A stretch of DNA of 64,000 bases from Squalus acanthias. Lineage: Eukaryota. The position numbers and the translations under genes were made by a program. The notes under the pieces were generated by a model. It worked only from the letters and a program-made list of their open reading frames with translations, was not told where the DNA came from and made no database searches. The stretch lies in assembly GCA_030390025.1 (NCBI GenBank), contig JASTWF010000346.1, positions 62,001 through 126,000 of the forward strand. Reading direction: 5' to 3'. This document shows positions 60,902 through 64,000 of this stretch, one piece after another (positions within the stretch are counted from its first letter, which is position 1; each line of letters begins with the position of its first letter).

Positions 60902-61489
60902 AAGTTGTTTAAACGCCACTGGTTACTTTTTCTCAGGGAAAGATTTTTCCATTTATTGTCATTCTCTGTCCTCTTGCCAATTCCCACTCCCTCCAGACAG
61001 CTTGTCAACTATTCCATGACCCTAACGCTTCCTTCCTAACCCCACATGAAGAACATTGTTAAATGCTTTTGATAACGGAAGTAAACTAAATATACTGGAT
61101 TACCTTCATCCACTGTTCAGTTATCCTCTGAAAGAATTGTGGTGGTTTGTAGGGCTTGACATATTACTTTGCAAAACCATACTGTCCGCAACACATTATG
61201 CCCTTTTTGACTGCTTGTTTCAAGCATCCCGTAAAATGCCCTTCAGTAATTTTCCAGTATGGATACTAGGACCCTAAAACTCCATGGGGCTTCTCCGATG
61301 TCCTGCCATAACTTTGGCCGGAGACTGTTTGAACCCCCAGAGTACTGTTTGTAACCATTTGCACACTTTTTTCATGAGGTTCCACCAAAACTACAGCGGG
61401 AAACCAGAAGAACCCCCGCAGAATTATAGAGCTTAGATCTGTTATTCTTGGGGTCATGCTTTAGTCCTTATTTTAACTTTCAGGCTTAT

Positions 61490-63004
61490 TTGAAGACTTG
61501 TGCTCCAGAACTAGCCGCGCCTCTAGCCAAGCTGTTCCAGTACAGCTACAACACTGGCATCTATCCGACAATGTGGAAAACTGCCCAGGTATGTCCTGTC
61601 CACAAAAAGCAGGACAAATCCAATCCAGCCAATTACCGCCCCATCAGTCTACTCTCAATCATCAGCAAAGTGATGGAAGGCGTCATCGACAGTGCTATCA
61701 AGCGGCATTTACTCACCAATAACCTGCTCACTGATGCCCAGTTTGGGTTCCGCCAAGACCACTCGGCTCCCAACCTCATTACAGCCTTGGTCCAAACATG
61801 GACAAAGGAGCTGAATTCCAGAGGTGAGGTGAGAGTGACTGCCCTTGACATCAAGGCAGCGTTTGACCGAGTATGGCATCAAGGAGCCCTAGTAAAACTG
61901 AAGTCAATGGGAATCGGGGAAAACGCTCCACTGGCTGGAGTTATACCTAGCACAAAGGAAGATGGTTGTGGTGGTTGAAGGTCAATCATCACAGCCCCAG
62001 GACATCGCTGCAGGAGTTCCTCAGGGCAGTGTCCTAGGCCCAACCATCTTCAGCTGCTTCATCAATGACCTTCCCTCCAACATAAGGTCAGAAATGGGGA
62101 TGTTCGCTGATGACTGCACAGTGTTCAGCGCCATTCACAACTCCTCAGATAATGAAGCAGTCCATGCCCACATGCAATAAGACCTGGATGATGTTCAGGC
62201 TTGGTCTGATAAGTGGCAGGTAACATTTGTGCCACACAAGTGCCAGGCAATGACTATCTCCAACAAGCGAGAGTCTAACCACCTCCCCTTGACATTCAAT
62301 GGCATTACCATTGCAGAATCCCCCACCATCAACATCCTGGGGGTCACCATTGACCAGAAATTTAATTGGACCAGCCACATAAATACCGTGGCAACAAGAG
62401 CAGGTCAGAGGCTGGGTATTCTGTGGCAAATGTCTCATCTCCTGACTCCCCAAAGCCTTTCCACCATCTACAAGGCACAAGTAAGGAGTGTGATGGAATA
62501 CTCTCCACTTGCCTGGATGAGTGCAGCTCCAACAACACTCAAGAAGATTGACACTATCCAGGACAAAGCAGCCTGTTTGATTGGCACCCCATCCACCACC
62601 TTAAACATTCATTCCCTTCACCACCGGCGTACCGTGGCTGCAGTGTGTACCATCCACAAGATGCACTGCAGCAACTCGCCAAGGCTTCTTCGGCAGCACC
62701 TCCCAAATCCGCGACCTCTTCCACCTAGAAGGACAAGGGCAGCAGGCGCATGGGAACACCACCACCTCCAGGTTCCCCTCCAAGTCACACACTATCCTGA
62801 CTTAGAAGTATATTGCCGATCCTTCATCGTCGCTGGGTCAAAACTCCCCACCAAACAGCACTGTGGGAGTACCTTCACCACATGGACTGCAACGGTTCAA
62901 GAAGGCGGCTCACCACCACCTTCTCAAGGGCAATTAGGGATGGGCAATAAATGCTGGCCTTGACAGCGACGCCCAGATCCCATAAGCGAATAAGAAAAAA
63001 AAAA
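61490..63004 (+). mobile_element. 5'-truncated copy of the LINE family at 16536-19735
   Basis: GVPQGSVLGP and FADD motifs; same 3' end with poly(A). Confidence 0.92.
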
Positions 63005-63100
63005 TATTGGAACTATACTTCCTATCCTTTAGTTCTTGGCTACTTCTCCATTATTAATACATGTCTGAAAAAATTCTAACCACCCCTTGTGTAAAGACAT

Positions 63101-63310
63101 GGGGGTAATTTTAACCTAACTCGCTGGGTGGGATTCCCACGGGATTGGGTGGAACGCTGGTTTTACACCCCGCCCAATATTGCTCTCCGTTGACTTGAAT
63201 GGAGAGTAAAATCGGGCAGGTTAGGTTTTTTATTAGTTCCTGGGATGTGGGCGTCGCTGGTAAGGCCAGCATTTATTGCCCATCCCTAACTGCCTTGTCA
63301 AAATTGCCCC
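63101..63310. mobile_element. Short MITE (inverted relative of 57392-57489) with an inserted LINE tail at ~63226-63296
   Basis: GGGGGTAATTTTAACCTAACTCGC matches the reverse complement of 57466-57489. Confidence 0.6.
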
Positions 63311-64000
63311 CTTCTAACCACCCATTCATCCTTTAGTGACTTATCTTAAATTTGAGCCCTCTCTTTACTGTGTTGCCAACCAATGGGAATGGTCTTAACT
63401 CTATTTACCTTATTATAATTTATCATAAAATTAAACACCCTCTATCAAGTCATCCGTAACCTTCTCCGCTGCCCTGAGAAAAGCCCTAACTTCTCAAGTC
63501 TCTTTTCATCACTGTAGTCCCTCATCCTCGTGATTCTATGATGCACCTTTTCCATTGCTTTAACATCTCCCTATAATGAGGTGTCCTAAACTATACATAC
63601 AACCCCAACCAAAGTCTTGTACAAGTTCAACATTACCTCCTTCCTTTTGTGTTGTATTCTTCTAGATACAGATTCGCAAATTCAATATTGTTCTTACAAT
63701 TCCTCATCTAGATAATTAATGGACATGTCCTGTGGGTTTTCTCACGGTGACTCAGAAGTTTAAAAGAACTGGGATGTTATATCAAGAATTATTACTGACA
63801 CTGACGTTTCAGCATTGAGTAGGTCCCTGAGATTAAGAGCACTGGGAAGGGAACCCAGACTCTGCCAGTACTGTGATGCGATCTGTGGGTCTAGCAATGC
63901 TGCTAGATACAAAACCAGAGATTCAGTTTGCCCTTTTTATCGCCTTGTGTATCTATGTAGGACCATTGCAGGGAGCCTTGGTACACTGGTACGGGAGGAT

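Noticed and set aside
56959..64000. IgC, TM or B30.2 exons of the butyrophilin-like gene
   Set aside because: No frame with matching motifs and splice sites found; the region is mostly repeats.

Overview
Vertebrate genomic DNA, most likely a cartilaginous fish (inferred from the repeat content: HE1/V-SINE, DeuSINE-type SINE, several CR1 subfamilies, shark-type Penelope pLTRs). Most of the window is nested transposable-element debris: CR1, L2, Tx1, RTE and Penelope-like retroelements, solo LTRs, a hAT element and several PIF/Harbinger MITEs. The only host gene I can support is the 5' part of a + strand butyrophilin/MOG/B7-family gene: signal-peptide exon 47633-47719 and a 348-bp IgV exon 56611-56958. 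A candidate upstream promoter/non-coding exon lies near 29.6 kb, and later exons presumably lie beyond the window. Notable observations: (1) a pre-tRNA-Gly/Tx1 chimeric retrocopy bounded by one 13-bp TSD; (2) a tiny palindromic Penelope element with two opposite-strand minimal hammerhead ribozymes; (3) a Harbinger deletion derivative that keeps convergent Myb-like and transposase remnants, with MITEs showing variable 3-bp TSDs; (4) a uORF whose stop overlaps the butyrophilin-like start codon; (5) a LINE apparently lacking ORF1 and carrying a B-box/SINE-like head. All calls are by eye; no database search was run, so novelty is not established.
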